Part shown: piece after piece, positions 18,590 through 32,253 of the stretch
Layout of the letters: every line of letters begins with the position of its first letter
Numbering within the stretch: position 1 is the first letter of the stretch
From: Eledone cirrhosa
Taxonomy: Eukaryota
Reading direction: 5' to 3'
Length of the DNA: 64,000 nucleotides
Assembly: GCA_964016885.1 (NCBI GenBank)
Contig: CAXHJY010000762.1
Span: 1 to 64,000 of the forward strand
Notes under the pieces: generated by a model
What the model saw: the letters and a program-made list of their open reading frames with translations, nothing else
Databases searched by the model: none
What the model was told of the DNA's origin: nothing
Made by a program: the position numbers and the translations under genes

Positions 18590-18592
<3 letters not shown>
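18397..18592 (-). mobile_element. Non-autonomous element with a fold-back palindrome built on the 3' half of a hammerhead ribozyme (family C, copy 1)
   Basis: Palindrome 18475-18592 (loop tgaacact); arm reads gccgtc GAAA CGGC ttgagctct GCCG TC ggggtt; homologous to 23693-23875; flanked by (TA)n. Confidence 0.75.
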
Positions 18593-18620
<28 letters not shown>

Positions 18621-19139
18621 CTGCCTAGTTGATGTTGTCTAAAATATATATATATAATTAGAAATATAAGTTTTCGCCGTATTTTTGACTACAGAAATTT
18701 TAGCCTGATAATGGGGTTTAGAACCCTCTAAGAAATGGAAAAAGATGAGTATTGACATTCATGTACATCAATAAAGCTTTTATTTCTAATTTCAAACTCG
18801 CTCACTGTTTCAAAAACATGCTTACACACATACACGCACATCTTTATATATATACATATATATATATATATCAATTCGTTGGATTTTCTGATTGGACTTT
18901 CACCTAGAAACTGGATACCAACCCGGAGTACACCTGAACTTTCACCAGGAAATCTTTCGTATCTTTGAAATTTTCTTTGCTTCTTGCATTTAAATATTCC
19001 ACGACTCTCTACCGCTTTTCCTCTACTACATTCTTCTCAGCCGTCTATTTTTCACTCCCACCTTAGTACCTTCAATCTAAAGACATTTTTTCCTATTCCA
19101 TCCCGCCCGTCCCCTCAATCTATTTTATTTCTCATTCTT

Positions 19140-19175
19140 TCTTCTAATGAAGGACTAGCGTCCGAAACGTTAAGA
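19140..19175 (+). ncRNA. Degenerate minimal hammerhead ribozyme (G5A core change)
   Basis: tctt CTAATGA a GGAC-tagc-GTCC GAAA CGT T aaga: stem II ggac/gtcc, palindromic aacgtt stem III, stem I tctt/aaga; core reads CUAAUGA rather than CUGAUGA. Confidence 0.55.
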
Positions 19176-19624
19176 CCCTCTTCCTGCTATACCAAGTGTT
19201 AACATAATATATACCTTCTATATACTGTATCGATAGTATTGTTATTTCTGTTTACCTTTTACATACACATATGTGTATATATATACATATATATATATAT
19301 ATGTGTATATATATACACATATGTGTATATATATACATATATATATATATATGTGTATATATATACACATATGTGTATATATATACATATATATATATAT
19401 ATGTGTATATATATACACATATGTGTATATATATACATATATATATATATGTGGGTGTGAGTCCTTCAGAGGTTTAAATATTTTGTTCACAAGCACAACT
19501 TTATGGGGGTGAATATGCACAGTATTACACATACATACATGTATTTGTATTTCAATGTGTATATATACACGTACACATAATCACACACAACACCTACACA
19601 TATACAAAAATGCATATGAGCAAT

Positions 19625-19737
<113 letters not shown>

Positions 19738-19772
19738 CACACAATACATACATACATACATACATACATACA

Positions 19773-19825
<53 letters not shown>

Positions 19826-19999
19826 GACACTTCCCGTGGTGTTCTGCAGCAGATAAGTATGTATGTATAAATATCTCAATCAGTGAATTATGTGACAGGT
19901 CTTCATGTGTATATTTCTTACCGACATTTCCACGTAAGAATGTTGGTAAAAAAAAAGAACGGTTTTACACACACACACACACACACACATACACACACA

Positions 20000-20031
<32 letters not shown>

Positions 20032-20703
20032 GAGAGACAGGGAATAACATGCACGTATCAGTTTACGGAGTAGAACGTATATATATATATATATACACGC
20101 ATCCTTTCGAAATTAACATCTCATTCTTTCTGAAAAAAAAAATTCGCCCCTCCCTCCCATCCCCACGTATTGGAGTATGGTAGGTAGAGAGAGGGAAAGT
20201 GAGAGAAGGAACAGATATATATATATATATATATATATAAGGAAACAGTGCTATATATATATATATATAATGGTGTATATAGCAGTGCGTGAGAGGATTG
20301 CTGTGTGTAATGGCCCAGTGTGAAATAAATTTGAAGTTGTTGCCCCAGCAAGATGCAGCAGTATTCAATATCCCGTCGGTGGTCTAAGATAACATCTCCT
20401 GTCTCTCTCCATTAGGTGCAATGGAAAAAATATAATGCAGGGCAAAGTGTATGTAGCTGTATACTGCCTATGTTTGGTGTGTGTATTTCTGTGTTTGTGT
20501 GTGTCTTTGTAGGAATATGACTGTGTGTGATTATATGTGAATGTGGGTGTTTGTATGTGTGTGTGAGTTTATGTGTGTGTTGTGATGTGAGGTCAAAGGT
20601 GTTTGCGTGTCGGAATGGTGGATCTTCGCTGGTTAACATTTAAGGAATTTAGTGTTAGCTGGTTGTATATGTATGCATATAGCTGCATACAGCTACACAC
20701 CCC

Positions 20704-20734
<31 letters not shown>

Positions 20735-20831
20735 TATGTATATATACACTCTCTCACACACACACACACATATATATATATATACATACACTTTCTCTCA
20801 CGCACACACACACACATACACACATATATAT

Positions 20832-20862
<31 letters not shown>

Positions 20863-21181
20863 CATAAATATATATATATATATACATACTCTCTCACTCA
20901 CACACGCACACACACACACACACACCCATATATATATATATATATATATTGGTATATAACTAGAGTGACAAACGTATCTGTGAAATGTTAGACGGTGCCG
21001 GCAATAGGAAAGCTGCAATGGTGTTGAAGTCTGTATATCAATTAGTAGAGCCACCAGTGAGATAAACAGATAAATAGTAAGACGACTAGATAGATCGATA
21101 TTGGTTAGTACAAACTAGGAATCTAAAGGAAACATATATATATTTATATACAAGCACCCCACTATATATATATGTTTCATT

Positions 21182-21251
<70 letters not shown>

Positions 21252-21605
21252 ATGTGTGTGTGTGTGTATAAATTAAACAGAAAAACACAACAGACGACGA
21301 AGAACAATGAAGATATATATTAGTTTCATGCTTAATACAGTAGGGAAAGTCTTTCTGGAGACATTCAAGAAAGTGAGCTCGTGCCCTATAATGTATCACA
21401 GCATTTCATAATTGTTTTAATTTCTATCCCCTAAAGTCCAGATATATTTTGATAGTGACGTCGGTGGGGATGTCTTGGTTGTTGTTTGAATGTTTTTCTG
21501 TGATTCTGGAATCTATTTCTGGGAATTTCTGGTACTGTTATCTAGAAGTAGAACCTTATTTCCATAACAAATGCTAAGAAAATCATATAATATTGAAAGA
21601 GGAGA

Positions 21606-21696
<91 letters not shown>

Positions 21697-21759
21697 ACAT
21701 CCATCCAACCAATTCTCTCTCTCTCTCTCTCTGTATATATATATATATATATATATATA

Positions 21760-21980
21760 AATGAAATAACAGGAGGCTGGACTGGTGTAAATCCTTGAAA
21801 GGTTTATTATACTATGATCATTTCAATGACCGGGTTCCATATGAATCCGGTGATATCATCAGGTAGTGGAATATAACAAAGGAATATGTAAAAAGCCATG
21901 GGTCCGAAAAACCATGGGTCCGGGAAACCAGAGACAGAGAGGGCAGCTGACCAACTAGCTTCACAGCCAGCCGCCCTCAA
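21760..21980 (-). mobile_element. HHR-bearing non-autonomous element (family B, copy 1); ribozyme at 21809-21866
   Basis: Reverse complement reads tac CTGATGA tatcaccgg...ccggtcatt GAAA TGATCA TA gtat; near-identical to 27737-27835; flanked by (TA)n on both sides. Confidence 0.8.
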
Positions 21981-21981
21981 A

Positions 21982-22025
<44 letters not shown>

Positions 22026-22353
22026 CCACTAGAGAGTCGGAAGGGATAGCCTGCGAGTTTAAATCCCATTTACAGCTTTTGGGCGAAGGTCGTAGGTTCG
22101 AGAATATACAATGTATCTTCACAACCACGGGTTCTCATAAAATCACTAGTATGAGTAAAGTACTGACTGCTACCGAATCAAATTCGATAGCGAGGAATGG
22201 CTGTATACTCGTGTCTGTGTGTGTGTGTATATGTTTGTATGCGCGCGTGTATATATATTTATTTATATATTTATAACTTTCGATATAAATATAAAAAAAA
22301 TCTCTCTCTCTCTATACATATATATATGAATATATCTATCTATCTACATATAT

Positions 22354-22427
<74 letters not shown>

Positions 22428-22442
22428 TTATATATACGCGCG

Positions 22443-22485
<43 letters not shown>

Positions 22486-22490
22486 GCGCG

Positions 22491-22537
<47 letters not shown>

Positions 22538-22678
22538 GCGCGCACATATATATATATATATATAAATATATATATTTATACACAATACAAGCCATATATA
22601 ATACAAACGTTTATGTTTGATATATTGTAATCAATCGACTGTAATCTTCATAGTATCAATTTTGTTATTATATACATA

Positions 22679-22733
<55 letters not shown>

Positions 22734-23386
22734 CCATATATATATTATATGGAATCTGTTAGTATAAAAAAATATCGCCATCGATATAATGTCTGACGCT
22801 GTCGCACTTGAAAATTAATCCCAATACATCCGACATTACTGAGAGGTTGTAAAAACATGAATGGCAAATAAATACTTGAAACCTTTGAACATAGAAAATA
22901 CCTGTTGAGATGAAGTCGAATGGACCAGATGAACCGAATAATATGGAACCAGCCCTCATCGAAAGCACACATCACATACATTGACACACACAAACATATA
23001 TACACATACACACATATATATACATATATATATATAAATACATACGCGCTACACAATATCTTCATACACGTACAAGCTGGCAGTCACCCATGCGTGCGCT
23101 ATATAGCGTCACACATACATACATGTATACACACATACATACATGTATATACACATACTTCTATACATAGATACACACATACTTTTATATATACATACAC
23201 ACATACATAGTTACATAGATACCTACCATATATATATATACACACACACACACATATACATATACACCTACATAATATATACATACACCTATAAAACTAG
23301 TGACGATATTTTAACCCATCTCTCAAAATATCAATATATATTTGTATAATTATGTCTATTTATGAGTTTATACACACTCACACAAG

Positions 23387-23423
<37 letters not shown>

Positions 23424-23553
23424 ATGCGCGATATATTAGGGGTGGTGGAACTGGGGCTGGGGTGTTTCAGGTCGCATAGCACCCCCAATAATTATATATT
23501 TTCTCCCCAAACCACAAAGAAAGCATATTTGTATATGCTCTACAATTTATGTG

Positions 23554-23613
23554 CGGCCGTTTCGACAGCGGATCTAGCTGTCGAAACGGCCGGAGCTCAG
23601 CCGTCGGGCCTGA

Positions 23614-23620
<7 letters not shown>
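23554..23620 (+). mobile_element. Short fold-back on a hammerhead 3' half (family C-related variant)
   Basis: cggccgtttcgacagc-ggatcta-gctgtcgaaacggccg hairpin; the arm continues GAAA CGGC cggagctca GCCG TC gggcc, then (TA)n. Confidence 0.65.
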
Positions 23621-23654
<34 letters not shown>

Positions 23655-23692
23655 TTCATATATATATATCTTTCATATATATATATATACAT

Positions 23693-23875
23693 AAGAGACA
23701 AAGGAAATGTGGTAAGGAACCAGATGGACCATAACGCACCAGAGTACTCAATACTTAGAGTAGTAGAGTGGGAAATAGGAAAAAGTATGACCCCGACAGC
23801 AGAGCTCAAGCCGTTTCGACGGCTATTTCCGTTGAAACGGCTTGAGCTCTGCCGTCGGGGTCATACTTTTCCTAT
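23693..23875 (-). mobile_element. Family C copy 2 with fold-back palindrome 23775-23875
   Basis: Same body as 18397-18592 (ggtaaggaaccagatggaccataacgcacc...); palindrome centred on gacgg-ctattt-ccgtt. Confidence 0.75.
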
Positions 23876-24971
23876 ATATAAGAGAGACGATGGTAGAGAG
23901 TGATTATGTATCATGGCAGAGTGGTTGATAGAAAGATAGATATATATAGAGATGTGGAGTGAGAGAATCACTATTAAATATATAGATAGTAGGAGGAAGA
24001 GACGCGGTGAGAGGATAAGAGAAGTCAAATTAAAGTAAATAGACTTGGAAGGAAGGGGAGAATGTAAGGAAGAGAGAGTGGGTGGCGGGCGTAGAAGGAG
24101 GGGGCACTGAAAGGAGGGTGTATATAGATAGGTAAAGAGAAGGTCGAAAGAGGAAAGGGCATTGGAATATTGAGAGGTAGGGAGAAAGAGAGAGTGTGTG
24201 TGTGTGTGTGAGCGAGAGAGAGAGTGTGGGTGAGAGAGAGAGAGAGAGAGAGTGTGGGTGAGAGAGAGAGAGAGAGAGAGTGTGGGTGAGAGAGAGAGAG
24301 TATGGGTGAGAGAGAGAGATGTGTGGGTGAGAGAGAGAGAGAGAGTGTCTGCAGAAATGGTATTGGTAGAGAATAATATGTGTGAGTCAGTGAAATAGAT
24401 AGATAGATAGATAATTAGATAGATAGATAGATTAGTAGATTCATGGACAGAGAGACAAACAGGAGATACATATATACACAGGCACGTAAATATATACATA
24501 CATACCTATATATATATATACAAATACACATACATACCTATATACTTACCTATATGCCATTATATATACATATACACATACAAACCTATACACACACACA
24601 CACATATATATATATACATAGATAGATATAGAGAGATGGAATGGTCACACGGAGGGGGGGTGGTGGTATGGAGGAGAAACGAAGACCGTTTAAAGCACAA
24701 ATAACTTCACAACAAACAACAAAACAACAGACAAATATAGAAATAAAAACAAAACAGTAAACAAACAAAGAAAAAAAGAAAGAACGTAGGAATGAAATAA
24801 AAAAAGAAAGAAAGAAAGAAGGGAAAGAAAGAAAGAAGGGAAAGAAAGAAAGAAAGAAAGAAAGAAAGGAAGGAAGGGTTTAGGGAAATTAGATAGAGAT
24901 TGTGTGGAAGATCAAAGTAAATATAAAGTGAAAAAATACCTTTTAATCAATTAAGTGAAACAAATAATAAC

Positions 24972-25017
<46 letters not shown>

Positions 25018-25253
25018 GTGTGTGTGTATGTATTTGTACATACGTACTGGAACTATAAAAATAACAGAACACGACACTAACAACTAAACAGACCATGAGT
25101 ATATATCAATGTAATATATATATATATATATATATCAGTCTGTCTGTGTGTGGCTGTCTGTTTCTCAAAGAGAGAGTGTGTGGGAGAGAGAGTGTGGGAG
25201 ATAGATGGAGAACTCTCTCTATATATGGAAATCTATCTATCTATCAATTATAC

Positions 25254-25327
<74 letters not shown>

Positions 25328-26064
25328 TATATATATATATATATATAATATATATATATATACACACACACACTCTCTCTTTCTCACTGTATTTCTTCTC
25401 TTAGCAACAACTTTTCATTCTTCCCATTTTCCCTCACTTTCTAAATATATGTGAAAAGTTTTCTTGTTTAGAGAAAAATGCATTAACAGAGAGAGAGAGA
25501 GAAGTATAAAAGATAGATAGATAGTTTAAAGAGAGAGTTTAAAAGATAGATAGGTTAAAGAGAAAGTTTAAAAGATAGATAGATAGTTTAAAGAGAGAGT
25601 TTAAACGATAGATAGATAGTTTAAAGAGAGAGTTTAAACGATAGATAGATAGATTAAAGAGAGTGATAGATTAAAGCGTAATTCACCCAACAATACAATG
25701 ACGTCACAATAACAAATTTACAGAGATCTTTTCTGAACTGAATTATATCTCCTTCCAATCTTATCTTCCAGCAGTGTTCCTTACATCTCAGTTTGTTTAA
25801 TACTTTATCTCTCACCCCTCAGAAACTGTTGTTAATCTTCACCGAGAAAGTTAATCTAAACATTATTTCAACAATTTATGAAGGTACGTAAATGGTTAAA
25901 TATTTTTACTGGCAGAGTATCAGCGAGGCAGGTTTTTACTAGTATTTATAATGTATATGTCCAAGTCTTGATCCAAGATTTAGTTTACCATTGACTGACA
26001 CCCGCAAAAGGGATGGAACTTGAATTTACTCAGTGACTATGTCTCAACGTTTTTGCATTGTTTC

Positions 26065-26295
26065 TTACATCTCATTTCTGGGTTTCTTTTCGAGGTAGGC
26101 CTTCACTGTTCTTCTTTCTTGGAAATGCCCAAATACGAGGCCAATCATCTTCTGTAGTCGTACGGCGATAATATCTCCTAGATTCTCACCCAGATCCTTT
26201 TCTATGTACTTTTCATTCGTGATATGGTCAGACCTAGATCTCCTTAGTAAGATTCCAAGGCAAGTTATATGGAATATATTAGCAGTTCTGTACAT
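26065..26295 (-). pseudogene. Possible decayed CR1/Jockey-type LINE reverse transcriptase C-terminal fragment
   Basis: Translation EKDLG...KMIGLVFGHFQERR resembles the CR1-type EKDLGV...KMLGLIxRxF motif; heavily degenerate. Confidence 0.4.
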
Positions 26296-26716
26296 TCTGC
26301 TGGTATTTGTTTATCATGACTGGCAAGTTTAAGTTGTTGTTGGCTGAGGAGTTGGATTATACAGACACCGGGCCCTGAAATACATGTTGAGACGCTGTTC
26401 AGTTATACTAAGGTATCATCAGTCACCAGAGATCAGTTCTCTGTCTTGATTGGTTGTGGTTCTTCCTTTCCAATCGTCTCAGTCATACTGCCCCCCCCCC
26501 CTCCCCCGGCAGGGTTAAAACTATTTTGTTACACACTCCAAATTCATTTCGTATATGCCAGCATGTGTGTGTGTGTGTATGCATATATATTTATATATGT
26601 TTGTAGTATGTATGTAGGTGTGTGTACATGTATGTAAGTATGTATTTAAGAATGTATGTATATAAGTTTATATATTGCATGCGAAAAAGAGACAGATGGT
26701 GATTGAGAGAGTAGGT

Positions 26717-26757
<41 letters not shown>

Positions 26758-27596
26758 TCGGGCTGAGAGGATATTAAATATGTTGTGTGAAAGCCTGGAA
26801 AACTGACTGCGATTAAAAGGTAAAACATTTACAAATATTACTAAAACGAAAAACAAATATCAGAAATCCCGCCCCAAACCACACATACCATAAATGGATA
26901 ATGTAGGTATTGTGTATGAATCTCTCTCTATATATCTATGTGACAATGAATGGCACTGCATATGTGTGTGTGTGTATATATATATGTATATATACACCTC
27001 TCTCTATATATATTTAAATATAAGCATATATACACGTAAAAATACACAAACAATTTATCTATCTATATATGTAGGTATATAGTACATACATACGTACGCA
27101 CATACACAAGTACACACACATGAATGAACTCATTCTGTGAGTGAGACATACAGAAAATGGAAACAAGACGAAAAAAAAAAAGAAATGTTAACAGTGATAT
27201 ATAATAAGTGTTTGATAAAAGTCGCTGATGCTTTAGCTCTGTATTCCAAATCAATTTAGTTGATGTATTAAGGGATTTGAAAGACTGGAGTGTGCTCAGC
27301 TGGGCGTTGAAATTAGGTCTAACGCAGGGGTTAGTATAGAATAGTTTTATCGTCTCTGAAATAGAATTGCTCCTCCTTTATATGTGCATGTATGATAGTT
27401 ATGGAGAGTGTTGGAGGTAGGGAATGGACATAGAATGGGTTGAATAATAGGTAAAAAGCACTGTCGAGTCACAGAAGTATATCAGTTGAGGAATATACAT
27501 GTACAGACACATATATATAATCTATCTCTCAGTCTTTGTATATACAATATATTTATATGACATGTGTGTATGCATACTTAAATATATATATATATA

Positions 27597-27989
27597 TTTA
27601 GGTTTGAAGGTTCACCACTGGATAGAGCTGGAGGGCGACCGGCTAAAGTGGAAGATGCTAGATGGTCGGTCGTCCTCGGGTCTATGATTTTCAGCCCTAT
27701 GGATTTTATCTGTTACATTCATTTATTATATTTCGAATACCTGATGATATCACCGGATTCATACGGAACCCGGTCATTGAAATGATCATAGTATAATAAA
27801 CCTTTCAAGGATTTACACCAGTCCAGCCTCCTGTTATTTTATTATAATATTTAACTCCGTACTCGCACCACCAACTACACAAACGAAGACGGTTGAGCTG
27901 CTTTACGTTGAGTACTCTCCATATTATTACATCAAGATTGACCATACGGAATGACCAGCTCTATCCAGTGGTGAACCTTCAAACCTAAA
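27597..27989 (+). mobile_element. HHR-bearing element (family B, copy 2) with 35-bp terminal inverted repeat, in (TA)n
   Basis: 27597-27631 is the reverse complement of 27955-27989; internal hairpin 27631-27677 and HHR 27737-27794. Confidence 0.85.
27737..27794 (+). ncRNA. Type I hammerhead ribozyme (family B)
   Basis: ATAC CTGATGA tatcACCGG-attcatacggaac-CCGGTcatt GAAA TGATCA TA^ GTAT; stem I atac/gtat, palindromic atgatcat stem III, AUA triplet (cut after 27790). Confidence 0.8.
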
Positions 27990-28387
27990 TATATATATAT
28001 ATATATATATATTATGTATGTGTGTGTTTATATATATGTAGGTATATATGTTTGTGTATGTTTGTATTGATTCATAAGTTACTAGTTAGATAAACTCTAC
28101 ATAGTTAGTGAGATATATACATCAATGGAGAGAGAGAGTAAATGTACAGTACGGCCAAACAGGTGTAAAATACATGTTTATCATCAGAAATAAGGTTTAA
28201 AGGAAGCAGTTGGCTACCCGCTGGAGTGAGACCCCTCCCTGAGTTCCACTGAGTATTTCAAGGTGTCTTCATTGTTATAAGGTTCTGCTCACTGAGACCA
28301 TGAGACAACATACCCCTGGTGTTGTACACGTCTGACAGAGATCTCCCACATCGTCCTGTCATATATCATTATTGTAAAGATAGTAGT

Positions 28388-28544
28388 GGATTGGCAGTAT
28401 CGGTGGAGGGTCGGACGCCATGCTTTGCAGTACAGAGTTACGACCCTTTGCGTTCTGAGTACAAATACCGCCGAGGTTAACTTTGCCTTTCATCCTTACG
28501 GGGTCGATAAAATAAAGTACCAGTAATATACTGGCCTTGTACCA
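28388..28544 (+). mobile_element. tRNA-derived SINE family A
   Basis: ttggcagtatcggtggagggtcggacgcc...gaggttaactttgcctttcatcc...gggtcgataaaataaagtaccagta. Confidence 0.85.
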
Positions 28545-29799
28545 AAAGTAAAAACAATTATTGTAAAGATAGCGACAGTACTTAGTCAAAATGATATCAA
28601 CCGAACTACCGCCTTTTTGATCCTAATTCTATATATTTAAACGAAGATAGACTCCTGTCCATCTTCGTTTATCTTTTCTCCCCGAGCCATGTTTTTTAAG
28701 GGTGAAACCTAAAATTTGAGGGTAGTAATAATTGTAGTAACAATAATAGTAACTGTATTACTACTAGTAGTAATAGTAGTAGATGTAATAGTTAGTAGTA
28801 CTAGTAGCTGAAGTAGTTATTTTTTATACTATTTTCACTGTAGAATCTATTCAAACACTATTAATATAGCCCCATTTATTACACATTTTCTTTCAATAGA
28901 GATGGTTTCTGCTTTAATTTATAATGCTGGCATGTGAAATAGATTTACTTGCAGTCTATTATATTGTCTAGACTTTTGTTAGTTCATTATATTAGAATAA
29001 AGTGAAATTTCTCTTAGAAATTTCAAAAGTACACACACAAGATATGTTTCTATATAAATGTATCACGTTGTAAACATGGACACCATTTGTATATTTGTAC
29101 CTGCCTATAAGATATTAATATATATGCATTAGTGTATTTGTAAACTATTTACAGCATAATTGTTTATATATAAGTTGAAAAAAAATGAAAACGAAAATTC
29201 ATGTTTATATATATTTATATTACATACATTTATACATATTTATATTTTATATGTTTAGATATGTATTATATATATATATATCTTTACACACAAACATAAA
29301 CATGCTTACACACACATATGTATGCGTTTCATGCGTTTTCCCCCCTGTGTGTGTAGTGTAACTTATATAAATATATACACCCACACACCCACACACACAT
29401 ATATGTCTACCTGTATTTATACATGTATTTTACTCTCTATATACTTATGTGTATTTGTTTTCGGATTTTATTTACATTATTGACATAGATGACTGCTTTC
29501 ACTGCAAATTGATACACCCCCTCCTCCTCCCTTCCTGCTCCTCTATCTCCTGTCTTCTCTTCCCTCCTTCTTCCTCCCCCCCCTATCTCCTGTCTCCCCC
29601 TCTATCTCCTCTCTTCCATTGTCATCTATTATTCATTAAAAACAAGTCTCATCTTTTAGAGATTATAAACTGATGGTTATCAGCTAAATGTTCCCGAGAG
29701 AGAGAGAGAGAGAGAGAGACTTCCACTGACTTGCTCCAAAGCGGGAGCTGTTGTGTTCCTCCATAAAATATTGTAACTCAACCTGTGTTAGTAATGTGT

Positions 29800-29856
29800 G
29801 TATATATATATATATAGTGTATATATAATATAATATATATATCTATGTAGTATATA

Positions 29857-29892
<36 letters not shown>

Positions 29893-29898
29893 TATATG

Positions 29899-29949
<51 letters not shown>

Positions 29950-29960
29950 TAGTGTATATG

Positions 29961-30001
<41 letters not shown>

Positions 30002-30068
30002 TAGATAGTGTATATGTAATATATATATATATAGTGTATATGTAATATATATATATATAGTGTATATG

Positions 30069-30103
<35 letters not shown>

Positions 30104-30202
30104 TATATGTAATTATATATATATATATATATATAGTGTATATGTAATATATATATATATATATATATATAGTGTATATGTAATATATATATAGTGTATA
30201 TG

Positions 30203-30244
<42 letters not shown>

Positions 30245-30494
30245 TATATATAATATATATATATATATAGTGTATATATAATATATATATATATAGTGTA
30301 TATATAATATATATATATATAGTGTATATATAATATATATATATAGTGTATATATAATATATATATATATAGTGTATATGTAATATATATATATATATAG
30401 TATATATATATATATAGTGTATATATATATATACTATATATATATATATATATAGTGTATATATATATATAGTGTATATATATATATATATATA

Positions 30495-30530
<36 letters not shown>

Positions 30531-30585
30531 TATATATATATATAGTATATATATATATATAGTATATGTATATATATATATATAG

Positions 30586-30615
<30 letters not shown>
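29800..30615. repeat. (TA)n-based minisatellite (TAGTGTATATGTAA variants)
   Basis: Direct reading. Confidence 0.9.
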
Positions 30616-30616
<1 letters not shown>

Positions 30617-30619
<3 letters not shown>

Positions 30620-31226
30620 TCAGGTCACCACTTGGTGCTATTGGTAACATGTATCCCAGTACAACCTGTCTCATGGTCGGGTCGTTGGCGACTAAACTGG
30701 CAACCCCACCAAGGTTTCTTGGTGAGGAGGGTGACTTTGGACATCCTGCAGGACTAAAAACAAAACCTGTCAAAGGGCAAAGGAGCTCTTAAGAGTCAAT
30801 GGCCATCCAAAATCACCGGGAGAGATGACCCCTTAGCCTTTGTCAAGGCAGAATTCTAGGAGAAGGAAAACTCTGATATAACACCTGCAACCCTGATGGT
30901 ATCCAATGATGTTGACTTGTTCTTCTTTTTGGTAAATATCATCTTGGTTAAGAGAGTGGGACTGGCTTTGTGCAGTGCCTTTGCTCACTATAAAAGCTTC
31001 ATGGCACAGGCATTGCTTTGTATCTGGAGATCTCTCTGCACTTGTCGTCACATGGTACCAAAGGTAAAGCACTATGTGTCAATAATTGTCACAAGTGTAG
31101 TGTTTGTACCAGAGTTTTCAAGTCGCTGGCTGGACTAAAAAGTCACACTCGTTCAGCGCATCGGTAGGGGTTCTCCTACATGGATATAAAGTAGTGGCCG
31201 TACTCGAAAACGAGTTGGCAGCCACC
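30617..31226 (+). mobile_element. Non-autonomous RTE-clade LINE derivative, ~610 bp (copy 1)
   Basis: RTE-like 5' motif ggagaaggaaaactctgat; 3' C2H2 remnant KCSVCTRVFKSLAGLKSHTRSAHR* (31093-31167); 3' hairpin ctcg-aaaa-cgag then (TA)n; four copies in the window. Confidence 0.8.
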
Positions 31227-32250
<1,024 letters not shown>

Positions 32251-32253
32251 TAT

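Noticed and set aside
18700-18745. ctgataatggggtttagaaccctctaagaaa, HHR-like
   Set aside because: The core is mutated and stems I and III are absent.
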